From positions 1-40,000 of the IMG/VR virus record IMGVR_UViG_3300012942_000083: DNA of 40,000 nt; one strand, given 5' to 3'. Shown one piece after another: positions 31,424 through 40,000 of this stretch. A program made the translations under genes and the position numbers. Positions within the stretch are counted from its first letter, which is position 1. Each line of letters starts with the position of its first letter. Origin of the DNA: a virus (lineage: Duplodnaviria > Caudoviricetes). The notes beneath the pieces are model-generated. The model had not been told where the DNA came from, ran no database searches, and worked only from the letters and a program-made list of their open reading frames with translations.

Positions 31424-33604
31424 ATGAGCACTGCTGCTGTGAATGGCCTGGATCTGATCGATCAGTCCAATGGCCAGACGGCGCGCGCCCGCTCCGAGCC
31501 CGTGAAGGATCCTCAGGCGGTCGACGTTGTGCACCTGGAGTCCTGGCTCTCGGAAATCATCAATCAGCCGGCCTGGCGCGTGGAGGCGGACAAGTGTGCC
31601 GACTTCTACGATGGCAACCAGCTCTCGGCCGAAACCGTGCAAAAGCTCGAAGAGCGCGGCATGGGTCCGCTCATCACGAACCTGATCGCCCCGACGGTCA
31701 ACGCCGTGCTGGGCATGGAAGCCAAGACGCGCACCGACTGGCGCGTCGGCGCCGATGATGACAAGTGGCAGGACGTGGCCGAAGCGCTTTCGGCCAAGAT
31801 GAAGGAAGCCGAGCGCGAAACCCAGGCCGACCGGGCCATATCGGACGCTTACGCCCAGCAGATCAAGTCTGGTTTCGGCTGTGTGGAAGTCTCCCGATGC
31901 TCCAACCCATTTGACTACCGGTATCGCTGCCGCTCGCTTCATCGGCGGGAACTGTTTTGGGATTGGCGCTCAGTCATGCCCGACTGGACCGATGCGCGGT
32001 ACGTGGTGCGCAAGCGTTGGTATGACGTCGATCAGTTGGTGCTGTACTTTCCCCAGCACGCCGACCTATTGCGCTATGCTGCCCGCGGCTGGCGCGACTG
32101 GTCCGATCATCTCATGGCCGAAACGCCCGATGTCAGTCTGGTCCACGCCCAGGATCAGGAAGCCCGGTTTTCCCTGGACCAGTACGAGGAATGGCGCGAT
32201 CCGGAGCGCGGGCGCATCGTGTGCTTCGAAGTCTGGTACCGCATCTGGCTGCGCGGTTACGTTTTGACGCTGCCCGGCGGGCGCACTGTCGAGTTCGACC
32301 GCAAGAACCCCATGCACGTGGCGGTCGTGGCTACCGGTATGGTCCAGCCTCATATTGGCGTCTACGACAAGCTGCGCGTGGCCTTCTTCGTCGGCCCGCA
32401 CCGCATGACGGACCTGGCCACCAACCGGCGCCATTTCCCGTACGTGCCTTTCTTCGGCTACCGGGAAGATCTGACCGGCGTGCCATACGGCCTGGTACGT
32501 TCCATGCTCTCACCCCAGGAAGAGATCAACGCCCGCATGCAGCGCATGATGTGGCTGCTCTCGGGGCGCCGCGCCTTTGTCGATAGCGATGCGGTCGATA
32601 CGAAGTACAACACGATCAGTGATGTCTCCCGGGAACTGTCGCGTTCCGATGCTTTCGTGGTCACCAATCCGAACGCCAAGCATGGCGCCGCCGGCATCCG
32701 GGTCGATAACAACGGTGATCTGTCCCAGTTTCAGTACCAGCTTCTGCAGGAGCGCAAGCAGGCGATCCAGGAAGCGGCCGGCGTCTACTCGGCCATGATG
32801 GGCCAGAACTCGCAGGCCAACTCCGGCCTGGCCATCCAGTCCCTGGTCGAACAGGGCACCACGACCCTGGCGGAAATCAACGACAACTATCGGATGGCCC
32901 GGCGCAACGTCGGAGATCGCCTGCTGGAATTGCTTCGTGAAGACATGACCAAGCAGGTCGACATCCTGGTCGATAACGGCACGGCCAAGCGCCGCGTCAT
33001 CGTGAACATTCCCAGGGTGGACCCGGCAACCGGCCAGAAATACCGGGACAACGATGTGCAGAGTGCGCCCGTGAAGATGGCGCTCGAGGATGTGCCGTCC
33101 ACCCCGACGTACCGCGCCCAGCAGTTCGCGCAGCTCACCGAGGTCACCAAGTCGCTTCCGCCGCAGCTGCAGGCGTTCGTCGTGCCGTTCATCATGGAAG
33201 CATCCGATCTGCCGCGGCGCCGGCAACTGGCCGAACTGCTTCGCAAGCAGATGGGCGTGATCAACGATCCGGACAGCCCCGAGGCCAAGGCCAAGGAAGC
33301 CGCCGCTGCGAAGGTCACCGCCGCCGCCCAAGAACTGGTGGTCGCCAAAGCGCAAGCAGACATTCGGAAAACCAATGCGCAGGCCGACAAGCTTACTGCC
33401 GACGCGCAAAAGGCTGCCGCACCGACTGCCGATACGTCCCTGCAGAAAGCCCAGGCCGACGCAAGCACGAAGCTTGAGATTGCCCGCGAGCATGAAGCGG
33501 CCGAGACCACGCGCACCATGATCCAGTACGGTGCCAGCGATCTCGAGCAGATCAAGGCCGACATCGACCAGCTCATTGCCGAACTGAACGGCGAGAGCGC
33601 CTGA
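31424..33604 (+). CDS. Portal protein (P22-like, with C-terminal coiled barrel)
   Basis: DFYDGNQ, NLI.P.VN.VLG.E, FPYVPFFG, GLVR.M..PQ.EIN, SG.AI motifs; follows terL. Confidence 0.9.
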   Translation: MSTAAVNGLDLIDQSNGQTARARSEPVKDPQAVDVVHLESWLSEIINQPAWRVEADKCADFYDGNQLSAETVQKLEERGMGPLITNLIAPTVNAVLGMEAKTRTDWRVGADDDKWQDVAEALSAKMKEAERETQADRAISDAYAQQIKSGFGCVEVSRCSNPFDYRYRCRSLHRRELFWDWRSVMPDWTDARYVVRKRWYDVDQLVLYFPQHADLLRYAARGWRDWSDHLMAETPDVSLVHAQDQEARFSLDQYEEWRDPERGRIVCFEVWYRIWLRGYVLTLPGGRTVEFDRKNPMHVAVVATGMVQPHIGVYDKLRVAFFVGPHRMTDLATNRRHFPYVPFFGYREDLTGVPYGLVRSMLSPQEEINARMQRMMWLLSGRRAFVDSDAVDTKYNTISDVSRELSRSDAFVVTNPNAKHGAAGIRVDNNGDLSQFQYQLLQERKQAIQEAAGVYSAMMGQNSQANSGLAIQSLVEQGTTTLAEINDNYRMARRNVGDRLLELLREDMTKQVDILVDNGTAKRRVIVNIPRVDPATGQKYRDNDVQSAPVKMALEDVPSTPTYRAQQFAQLTEVTKSLPPQLQAFVVPFIMEASDLPRRRQLAELLRKQMGVINDPDSPEAKAKEAAAAKVTAAAQELVVAKAQADIRKTNAQADKLTADAQKAAAPTADTSLQKAQADASTKLEIAREHEAAETTRTMIQYGASDLEQIKADIDQLIAELNGESA

Positions 33605-33643
33605 GACCGAATTTTTACCCACGCGCAGGGATATGCGCCTCGC

Positions 33644-33677
33644 AAGCCCCGCCGGGATACCGGATCGGGGCTTTTTT
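33644..33677 (+). terminator. Intrinsic terminator between portal and scaffold genes
   Basis: AAGCCCCG...CGGGGCTT followed by TTTT. Confidence 0.75.
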
Positions 33678-33715
33678 GTTTACCCGCACCAATGCGACAA
33701 CTTGGAGATGTGTTG

Positions 33716-34750
33716 ATGAGTACGAACGATATTGACCAGTACCTGCACGACCCGCTGAGCATGCCCGATCTCGATAGCTTCACCACCCCGGAAGACGGTG
33801 GCGACAATTCGGACGGTCAAGGTCAAGCCGCGAAAGAAGGCGAAACACAGGGCGCTGCGCCGAGCGCCGCCGGCAAGACCGAAGAGCAGCTCAAACCGGC
33901 CGACCAGCCCCAGGTTGGCGAGCAGCCGAACGACGACAAGTCCAAGGATGCCGCGCCGGAATCTGTCGAACAGGTGGTCAAGAGCAAGGATGGCAAGCAC
34001 GAGATTCCTTACTCGGTGCTCGCCAAGGAGCGTGAGGATCGTATCCGGGCCGAACGCGTGGCGCAGGATCTGACAGAACAGATTGCAGCCCTGCAGCATG
34101 CCAAGGAAACCGGCCAGTCGGTCAAGGTTCAGTCGATTGACGAAATCATCGACAAGACCGCGCTCGACGAATTGCGCGAGGAGTTGCCTTCCGCGGCGGA
34201 CGTGATCGACAAGCTCGTCTCCACGGTCAAGACCTTGCAGGACGAAGCATCCAAGACGCATGAGCAGCGTCAACGCTCCGAGCGTGAGGATGACATTGCC
34301 CGCAAGGTCACTGTCGAGGAAGCGATCGCCGCCATTCCGAAGCTCACCCATGTTCGTACCGAGGATCCCGAGGCGTTCAACAGCATCGCCGCCTTCGACC
34401 AGGTTCTGCGCGGCCAGCCCAAGTGGCAAGGCCAGCCCATGCAGGCACGGTTCGAAGCGGCGGTGCGCATGTTCGAAGCCGCCAACGGCGTGATCGAGTT
34501 GCCCGGTGCCAAGCCTGAAGATAAGCCTGCCACCAAGCAACTGCCAGCCGATCCCGAAAAGAAGGTCGATGAAGCCTTGGCCCGTGCCAAGCCGGCCGTC
34601 CCCAACACACTTTCCGATATCCCCGGTGGTGCTTTGCCCACGACCACCGAGCTCGAATCCGTCGAACAGATGTCGGCGGCGGCTCTCACCGAGAAGCTTG
34701 CCGGCATGACGCAAGAGCAGCAAGAGGAGTATCTGGCGCGCCTCGTTTAG
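33716..34750 (+). CDS. Scaffolding protein (putative)
   Basis: Acidic coiled-coil protein between portal and capsid genes; GGAGA ribosome-binding site before ATG 33716. Confidence 0.75.
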   Translation: MSTNDIDQYLHDPLSMPDLDSFTTPEDGGDNSDGQGQAAKEGETQGAAPSAAGKTEEQLKPADQPQVGEQPNDDKSKDAAPESVEQVVKSKDGKHEIPYSVLAKEREDRIRAERVAQDLTEQIAALQHAKETGQSVKVQSIDEIIDKTALDELREELPSAADVIDKLVSTVKTLQDEASKTHEQRQRSEREDDIARKVTVEEAIAAIPKLTHVRTEDPEAFNSIAAFDQVLRGQPKWQGQPMQARFEAAVRMFEAANGVIELPGAKPEDKPATKQLPADPEKKVDEALARAKPAVPNTLSDIPGGALPTTTELESVEQMSAAALTEKLAGMTQEQQEEYLARLV

Positions 34751-34780
34751 TTCCCCTCAACTAAATGATGGAGTCTTACC

Positions 34781-36070
34781 ATGGCTGGAACCAGCATTCC
34801 GGCAGGCAGCCCGCTTGCCAAGAAAGTCTACGGTGCCGCGCTGTTCGCAACCACGCAGCGCGTACCGTCCTTCACCAACAACCTGACCGGTCCCGCGCCC
34901 AAGCAGGCCGGCGCCGAGAGCAAGCTCAAGGGCCAGACCAGCCCCGACATGCCGATCGTACGTGTCACGGACCTGTCCAAGTCCCAGGGCGATACGGTCA
35001 GCGTCGACCTGATCAACATGACCGGCGGCAAGCCGATCATGGGCGACGCGATGGCCGAGGGCAAGGGCGACCGGCTCGATACGAGCTCGATGGATGCCCG
35101 CATCGATCTGACCACGAAAGTGGTGGATGCCGGCGGCAAGATGAGCCAACAGCGCACCGTGCACAACCTGCGCGGCGTGGCCATGGCCAACCTGCAGGGC
35201 TGGTTCAAGCGCTTCAATGACCAGGTCAGCCTCGTGCACCTGGCCGGGGCGCGCGGCAGCCAGAATGGCATCGACTGGGGTGTGCCGCTGGACACCGACG
35301 GAGAGTTCTCCGACATCATGATCAACTCGGTCAAGGCGCCCACCTACAACCGGCACTTCGTGGCCGACGGCTCGGACTCGATCGCGCAAGGCGGCTCGAA
35401 CCTCGCATCGATCGCCTCGACCGATGTGTTCACGCTCGATCATATCGACGCGCTGGCCACCGTGATCGATGACATGACGTTCAAACTGCAGCCGGTGCGC
35501 ATCGCCGACGATCCCGCGGCGGATTCCGAACCGCTGTACGTCATGTACGTGAGCAACCGGGCCTGGAACTCGATTCTTCAGGCCACGGGCGATGGCGCCT
35601 GGCGCACGTTCCTGCAAAACGCCTGGAATCGCAAGTCCTACGGCACGAAGCACCCGTTGTTCACCGGCGAGACCGGCATCTGGCACAACATCCTGGTGCG
35701 CAAGATGGACTGGGTGGTTCGGTTCAATGCGAGCGACACCACCAAGACGTGCACCGAAGCAGGCCAGGCCACCGCGGAGGAAACCACCACCACGGTCAAT
35801 GCCTCGCTGACTGCCGGCTACGCGGTCGATCGCTGCATTCTGATGGGTGCCCAGGCCCTGGCATCGGTCTATGGCCGCAACCAGCAGTCCGACACGTACG
35901 CATCGTGGATGGAGCACTGGTACAACTTCAACCGCAATTTGGAGGTCGCGGGCGAGGTGATGGGCGGCAAGACCAAGCTGCGGTTCTCGGTCCCCGATGG
36001 CAACGGCAGCAAGGTACCCACCGATCACGGTGTCATCGCCTTTGACGTGGCCGTCAAGACCACCAACTAA
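34781..36070 (+). CDS. Major capsid protein (N4 gp56/DUF4043-like)
   Basis: DLSK..GD.V, MG....EG.G, DAGGKMSQQRT, HPLF.G..G.W..ILVRK motifs; 429 aa. Confidence 0.9.
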   Translation: MAGTSIPAGSPLAKKVYGAALFATTQRVPSFTNNLTGPAPKQAGAESKLKGQTSPDMPIVRVTDLSKSQGDTVSVDLINMTGGKPIMGDAMAEGKGDRLDTSSMDARIDLTTKVVDAGGKMSQQRTVHNLRGVAMANLQGWFKRFNDQVSLVHLAGARGSQNGIDWGVPLDTDGEFSDIMINSVKAPTYNRHFVADGSDSIAQGGSNLASIASTDVFTLDHIDALATVIDDMTFKLQPVRIADDPAADSEPLYVMYVSNRAWNSILQATGDGAWRTFLQNAWNRKSYGTKHPLFTGETGIWHNILVRKMDWVVRFNASDTTKTCTEAGQATAEETTTTVNASLTAGYAVDRCILMGAQALASVYGRNQQSDTYASWMEHWYNFNRNLEVAGEVMGGKTKLRFSVPDGNGSKVPTDHGVIAFDVAVKTTN

Positions 36071-36133
36071 GGCCCAGGCAGCGCCGTCGATGGCGGCGCC
36101 GTACCCGTATCCAATCCAATCTGGAGAAACAAC

Positions 36134-36550
36134 ATGGCAAACAGCGTCTACGCCAGCGACTTCGCGCAGAAGCCGCTGCACATGTCCGCCTACGGCAACG
36201 CCTGGGTGGATGACTACAGCATCGCCAACAAGGCCGGTGCCGCCGACAAGCTCTATCTCGGGATCATCCCGGGTGGCGTTCGCGTCAATGGCATTCGGCT
36301 GATCAATACGGCAGCCACGGCCGGTTCGGTCAAGATCGGCTTCGAGCCGGTCGATGCCGACGGCCCCACCGCCGACGATGATGCGTTCTTCGCCGACACC
36401 GACCTGAGCGATGCCGGCGCGCACGATTCCACGTTCGTGCCGGTGACCTTCGAGTCGCCGGTCAAGATCGTGGCCACCTGCGGCACGGCGTTTACCGCCT
36501 CGGCCACGCTCACGGCCATCGTCAAGGGCAAGTGCGTCGGCATCAAGTAA
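36134..36550 (+). CDS. Putative capsid decoration/virion protein
   Basis: GGAGA ribosome-binding site; beta-rich; directly after the capsid gene. Confidence 0.7.
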   Translation: MANSVYASDFAQKPLHMSAYGNAWVDDYSIANKAGAADKLYLGIIPGGVRVNGIRLINTAATAGSVKIGFEPVDADGPTADDDAFFADTDLSDAGAHDSTFVPVTFESPVKIVATCGTAFTASATLTAIVKGKCVGIK

Positions 36551-36556
36551 GGCGTT

Positions 36557-36584
36557 GCCAGCCCGGGCTTCGGTTCGGGCTGGC
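36557..36584 (+). terminator. UUCG-capped hairpin (weak terminator or stability element)
   Basis: GCCAGCCCGGGC-TTCG-GTTCGGGCTGGC; short U tract. Confidence 0.5.
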
Positions 36585-36612
36585 GCCCTTTAACCCCAAG
36601 GAGATATAGAGC

Positions 36613-37053
36613 ATGGCCAAACAGAAGTCCACCCCCCGACAAAACCCCGATGTGCCGGGCATGGCCATCAAGTACATCGGCAAGAAGGCGCGTCAGCGCG
36701 ACACGGTTGCCGGCACCGATCTGGTCTGGCTACCTCGGCAAGTGCATGTCGTGCCTGGTGTGCTGGGCCTGAAATTCCTCAAGCATCCCGATGTGTGGGC
36801 CCAGGCCGACGAGGAAGTCGAGCAGGACCCCGGCGTGGTCAATACCGTCATCAATTCGCTGCCCGATGCGCCGACCGAACCCGTGCATGTCATCCCGGCG
36901 GTGGACCTGCCGAACCTGCAGGGCATGACCGAGCCGGACATCCTGGCCTACGCGCAGCGCGAATTCCACATCGATCTCGAAGCTGGCCAGTCCAAGGAAG
37001 CGCTCATCGAGCGCGTGATCGGTCTGCGCAATGAGCGCGACACGCTGGGGTAA
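36613..37053 (+). CDS. Hypothetical virion-associated protein
   Basis: AAGGAGA ribosome-binding site; late operon. Confidence 0.75.
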   Translation: MAKQKSTPRQNPDVPGMAIKYIGKKARQRDTVAGTDLVWLPRQVHVVPGVLGLKFLKHPDVWAQADEEVEQDPGVVNTVINSLPDAPTEPVHVIPAVDLPNLQGMTEPDILAYAQREFHIDLEAGQSKEALIERVIGLRNERDTLG

Positions 37054-37056
37054 TCC

Positions 37057-37707
37057 GTGGCGAATGTGTCCGATTTCGAGCGTTACGTGCTGCCGTTTCT
37101 CGACGGCGCGCCGCTGCCTGCCATCGACGATGCGGTGGTGGATGCCTGCGTGGAATTCGCCACCCGCACTAGCGTGCTGACCAGTGTATCGGACCCCATC
37201 ACGCTATTGGCCAACATCGCCGAGTACGAGCTGGATTCGCCCGATAGCCAGACCGTGGTCACGGGCGTCAAGAGCGTGCAATTGGCTTGTGGAAAGGTCG
37301 ACCCGGCCACGCGGCCGGAGTTGGATGATCAGTATCCGGACGGCTGGATGAGCCTGGCGGTGAGCGACTTGAACCGGCTGCGCTTCTATCACAGCCGGCT
37401 TCCCGGCATCTTGCGCCTCGTGCCGATGCTCTCGGTCAAGGCAGCCAACGCCATGACGGTAGAAGTCGTGTACGCGCCAATGCGGACAGCCACACAGGTC
37501 GACGATCTGCTCTTTGATCGGTATGCCGAGATGATCGCACAGGGCGCATTGGCCAGGCTGCACCAACATCGGGCCAGCTACGCCGATCCCACGCGCGTTG
37601 CGACGTACCTGCAGGCTTTTGAGGCCGCCATCACCGAGAGTGCAGACGATTCGCCTCATGGTTTCGAGCACCACGTGCTGCGCACCGCGGCGCAGGAGCC
37701 GATCTGA
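37057..37707 (+). CDS. Putative head-tail adaptor
   Basis: Position; ...YAEMIAQGALARL helical motif. Confidence 0.65.
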   Translation: MANVSDFERYVLPFLDGAPLPAIDDAVVDACVEFATRTSVLTSVSDPITLLANIAEYELDSPDSQTVVTGVKSVQLACGKVDPATRPELDDQYPDGWMSLAVSDLNRLRFYHSRLPGILRLVPMLSVKAANAMTVEVVYAPMRTATQVDDLLFDRYAEMIAQGALARLHQHRASYADPTRVATYLQAFEAAITESADDSPHGFEHHVLRTAAQEPI

Positions 37708-38345
37708 TGAAAGCCTCGGACGTCATCACCCGCGCCACCGACATCCTGCAGGATGCCGGCAACGACTACTGGCCAGAAGATGAACTGTTACGCTGGCTCA
37801 ACGATGGCCGCCAGGACGCATACAAGCTGCGGCCTGATTTGTATGAGGCGACTACCACGGTCACGCTCGCCGCTGGCGTGACCCAGGCATTGCCCGACGC
37901 CTCGCGCTGGCTCTTCGCGGTGGTCCGTAACGTCTCCCACCCGAAGCAGCGCGCCATCACCGTGGTCAATGCCGACGATCTCGGCCGCATTCGTCCGACC
38001 TGGCGCTCGATGCCCGGCGCTATCGAGATCAAGCATTACCTGTACGACGAACGCGACCCTGGGCACTTCGATGTGTATCCTCCGGCCGGCACCGCAGTAC
38101 AGGTGGAATTGAAGTATGCCGAGCTGCCCGCGGTTGCCGTCGCGGCAGACGACTTGACGCAAGAGGGCGCCTATTACACGGCGCTGATTGATTACGTGGC
38201 GTATCGGGCGTTTCTCAAGGAATGCGACACCGTCCCGGCTTTTCAGGCCCGGGCTGCACAGCACTTGCAGATGTTCCAGGCTGTGCTGTCTGGCACCGTG
38301 CAGCCGAAACTCGCCACCATCCCGAACCAAGGTAGCCAGTCATGA
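37707..38345 (+). CDS. Head-completion protein (DUF6682-like)
   Basis: ILQD....W...ELL.WLNDG, RPD, F.VYPP, ALIDYV.YRAF.K motifs. Confidence 0.72.
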   Translation: MKASDVITRATDILQDAGNDYWPEDELLRWLNDGRQDAYKLRPDLYEATTTVTLAAGVTQALPDASRWLFAVVRNVSHPKQRAITVVNADDLGRIRPTWRSMPGAIEIKHYLYDERDPGHFDVYPPAGTAVQVELKYAELPAVAVAADDLTQEGAYYTALIDYVAYRAFLKECDTVPAFQARAAQHLQMFQAVLSGTVQPKLATIPNQGSQS

Positions 38346-38737
38346 GCGACAAGATCAAACTCGTGCAGGGCGACACCGGCCCGCAGCTCGTTCTGTCTCT
38401 CACAGACGAACGCACGGGCCTGCCCATCGACCTGTCCGATTCCGGCACGTCGACCCGCGTGTTGTTTCGGGAAGTGGGCTCGGATACCACCAAGGCCGTG
38501 ATGACCTGCTATCCGATTGCCGGGTTCTTCGATTCCGAGTCAGGAACGGTGATCACCACCGCGCCGTACGATGTGGCCGGCCGCGGCGGGCGCGTAGCGA
38601 TGGACTGGTCAGCCGATGCCCTCGATACCGAGGGCGAGTTCGAGGCCGAGGTGGAAACCACGTTCTCCGACGGTCGCATCCAGACCGCCTACGCGATCCT
38701 GAAGTTCACCGTGCGCGAGCAGTTCGCCAATGTCTGA
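38342..38737 (+). CDS. Virion protein with BppU-N-like beta domain
   Basis: IKLVQGDT.P.L...L.D...G.PIDL, G.F.AEVE..F.DG.IQT, F.VR motifs. Confidence 0.65.
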   Translation: MSDKIKLVQGDTGPQLVLSLTDERTGLPIDLSDSGTSTRVLFREVGSDTTKAVMTCYPIAGFFDSESGTVITTAPYDVAGRGGRVAMDWSADALDTEGEFEAEVETTFSDGRIQTAYAILKFTVREQFANV

Positions 38738-39299
38738 CCAGATCAAGGTCGAAGCGGAAATCGTTCAGCCCAAGGCCGATGCGAGCGGCACGACGCTATT
38801 CGAGCTGGTGTGCAACTGGATCGCCATGACCGTGACCGGCTATCTCGATCCCCGGGCAATGAATCCAGTGCTGCACGACTTCGCCCGGGCGGTCGATGCC
38901 GTGGTGTTCGACTACCTGCGCACCGATCACGTCTCGGCGGCCGAGCGCGACCTGTTGTTCGACATCGGCGCCAAGCTCTCCGATACGGCGCATGCCATGG
39001 ACCCGCTGACTGCCGCCTGGACCACTGGGCTGTCGGATGCCGGGGATCTGCGTGACGCCATTGCTTTGGCAGTCGAGAAGCTGATCGCCGATGCCGTGTC
39101 GGTCAGCGACCTGATCGTGCTGGCCATGGCACTTCCTCTACAGGATCACGCCGATGCTTCAGATGCCGTCACAGCAGCCATAGAGACCGGCCCGGCAGAT
39201 TCCGCCCATGCATCGGACTCCGGCTCCATGTATCAGAACGACTACGTGGAATTTGGCTACGTCGAAGACGACTACGTGGGCACCGTCACCACTTTTTAA
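38730..39299 (+). CDS. Acidic virion protein with about 18-aa repeats
   Basis: Recurring D-x5-D units; C-terminal YVEFGYVEDDYV. Confidence 0.7.
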   Translation: MSDQIKVEAEIVQPKADASGTTLFELVCNWIAMTVTGYLDPRAMNPVLHDFARAVDAVVFDYLRTDHVSAAERDLLFDIGAKLSDTAHAMDPLTAAWTTGLSDAGDLRDAIALAVEKLIADAVSVSDLIVLAMALPLQDHADASDAVTAAIETGPADSAHASDSGSMYQNDYVEFGYVEDDYVGTVTTF

Positions 39300-39308
39300 G
39301 GAACAGTC

Positions 39309-39782
39309 ATGCTGCGTCATCTCATCGAATCCTGCATGCGCTCCAAGGCGCGTGCGCGGGGCGAAGTACTGCTCGAAATCTTGCGTGCCAATGGCCACGT
39401 CGAGCGTTATCGCATCCTCAACATGGTTGTGGCCGGCGGTGAGGCGTATGCAGCCAGCCGCGCCGTGGGAGTCGCCACGGACGTCATATCTCACATGGCT
39501 CCAGGCACGGACAACACGGCAGCGGCTGGCACCGATACAGCCCTGGGTGCGGAAATAGCGGATAGTCGCGTGGCCGTCACGGCCAGTTCTGACGGCAACA
39601 CGGCCAAGTACATCGCGGTATTTGCGCCTGGCGTCGGAACCGGTGCGTGGACGGAACTGGGTCTGTTCAACGCCGCGGCGGCAGGCACAATGACGAACCG
39701 GTCGGTGTTCGGCACGAAGACCAAGGATGCCGGTGACCAGATCACAGTGACCTGGACGGTTCAGTACACGGATGCATCATGA
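39309..39782 (+). CDS. Tail/virion structural protein
   Basis: NMVV..G, DTAL..E, TELGLFNA..AG.M..R.VF...K..GD.ITVTW motifs. Confidence 0.75.
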   Translation: MLRHLIESCMRSKARARGEVLLEILRANGHVERYRILNMVVAGGEAYAASRAVGVATDVISHMAPGTDNTAAAGTDTALGAEIADSRVAVTASSDGNTAKYIAVFAPGVGTGAWTELGLFNAAAAGTMTNRSVFGTKTKDAGDQITVTWTVQYTDAS

Positions 39783-40000
39783 GTCTGACGCTTCGTCGAG
39801 ACAAGGGGTCGGCACTCACAAATGACGAGCTCGACGACAACCTTGTCGCGTTACTGACACATTATGATGAAGGCTCTGAACCCAGCGCGGATGTGGGCGA
39901 CATCTGGATCAACGGCATCGGTCCTTGCCGGTGGGATTCGACCGACAGCAGGTATTACCGAGTGCCATACCTGCACAAAACGATTATCAAGGTCTCTGAC
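39779..40000 (+). CDS. Probable tail-fibre-associated protein, truncated at the window end
   Basis: ATGA coupling; MSLTLRRDKGSALTNDELDDNL...; open to the end of the window. Confidence 0.65.
   Translation, partial: MSLTLRRDKGSALTNDELDDNLVALLTHYDEGSEPSADVGDIWINGIGPCRWDSTDSRYYRVPYLHKTIIKVSD

Larger units (their letters stand above)
1..40000. mobile_element. Temperate prophage (lambdoid early region, P22/F116-like head module); continues past the right edge
   Basis: tRNA att site followed by int/xis, recombination genes, cI/cro switch, replication genes, Q-like gene, terminase, portal and capsid in canonical order. Confidence 0.97.

Noticed and set aside
30353-36424. Long minus-strand ORFs (30353..31942, 32510..33622, 33680..34723, 34757..36424)
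   Set aside because: Shadows of terL, portal, scaffold and capsid genes, with no motifs of their own
1-40000. Diversity-generating retroelement, retron or insertion sequence
   Set aside because: No reverse transcriptase (YxDD in an RT context), transposase or template/variable repeat pair seen; tail-fibre genes lie mostly outside the window

Overview
The window is the left 40 kb of an apparently intact temperate prophage inserted at the 3' half of a tRNA-Val(UAC) gene. The host is a GC-rich proteobacterium, probably a betaproteobacterium (inferred, not proven). The gene order is lambdoid. It begins with attL, integrase and a convergent excisionase. A long leftward early operon (about 1.2-18.2 kb) follows, carrying a HAD phosphatase, a mosaic Ea22-like protein, two DNA methyltransferases around an SNF2-type helicase, a DEDDh exonuclease, an SMC/Rad50-like ATPase, RecT, a YqaJ exonuclease and two secreted proteins. 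The immunity region has PL, PR, five 17-bp operators, a repressor with no S24 peptidase domain, cro and an envelope-protein cassette. The rightward early operon holds NinB, a Ref-like HNH protein, DUF1643, a second HNH protein, an initiator with internal iterons, a RuvC-like resolvase and a Q-like protein. The late operon then starts with TerS, TerL, a P22-like portal, scaffold, major capsid protein and head-completion/tail-associated genes, and runs off the window. Three observations stand out. (1) A ~780-nt non-coding PL leader is closed by a 19/20-bp long-range helix and contains two tRNA-like cloverleaves, each in a near-identical CCATCATCGAAGCGG stem. (2) A second nested structured RNA with duplicated, mutually exclusive pairing segments lies in the late leader, followed by an anti-Shine-Dalgarno-loop hairpin. 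(3) A pair of secreted proteins, one Gly/Ala/Ser/Asn-rich and amyloid/pilin-like, sits in the early-left operon. All family calls come from motif recognition by eye; no database search or RNA folding was run.
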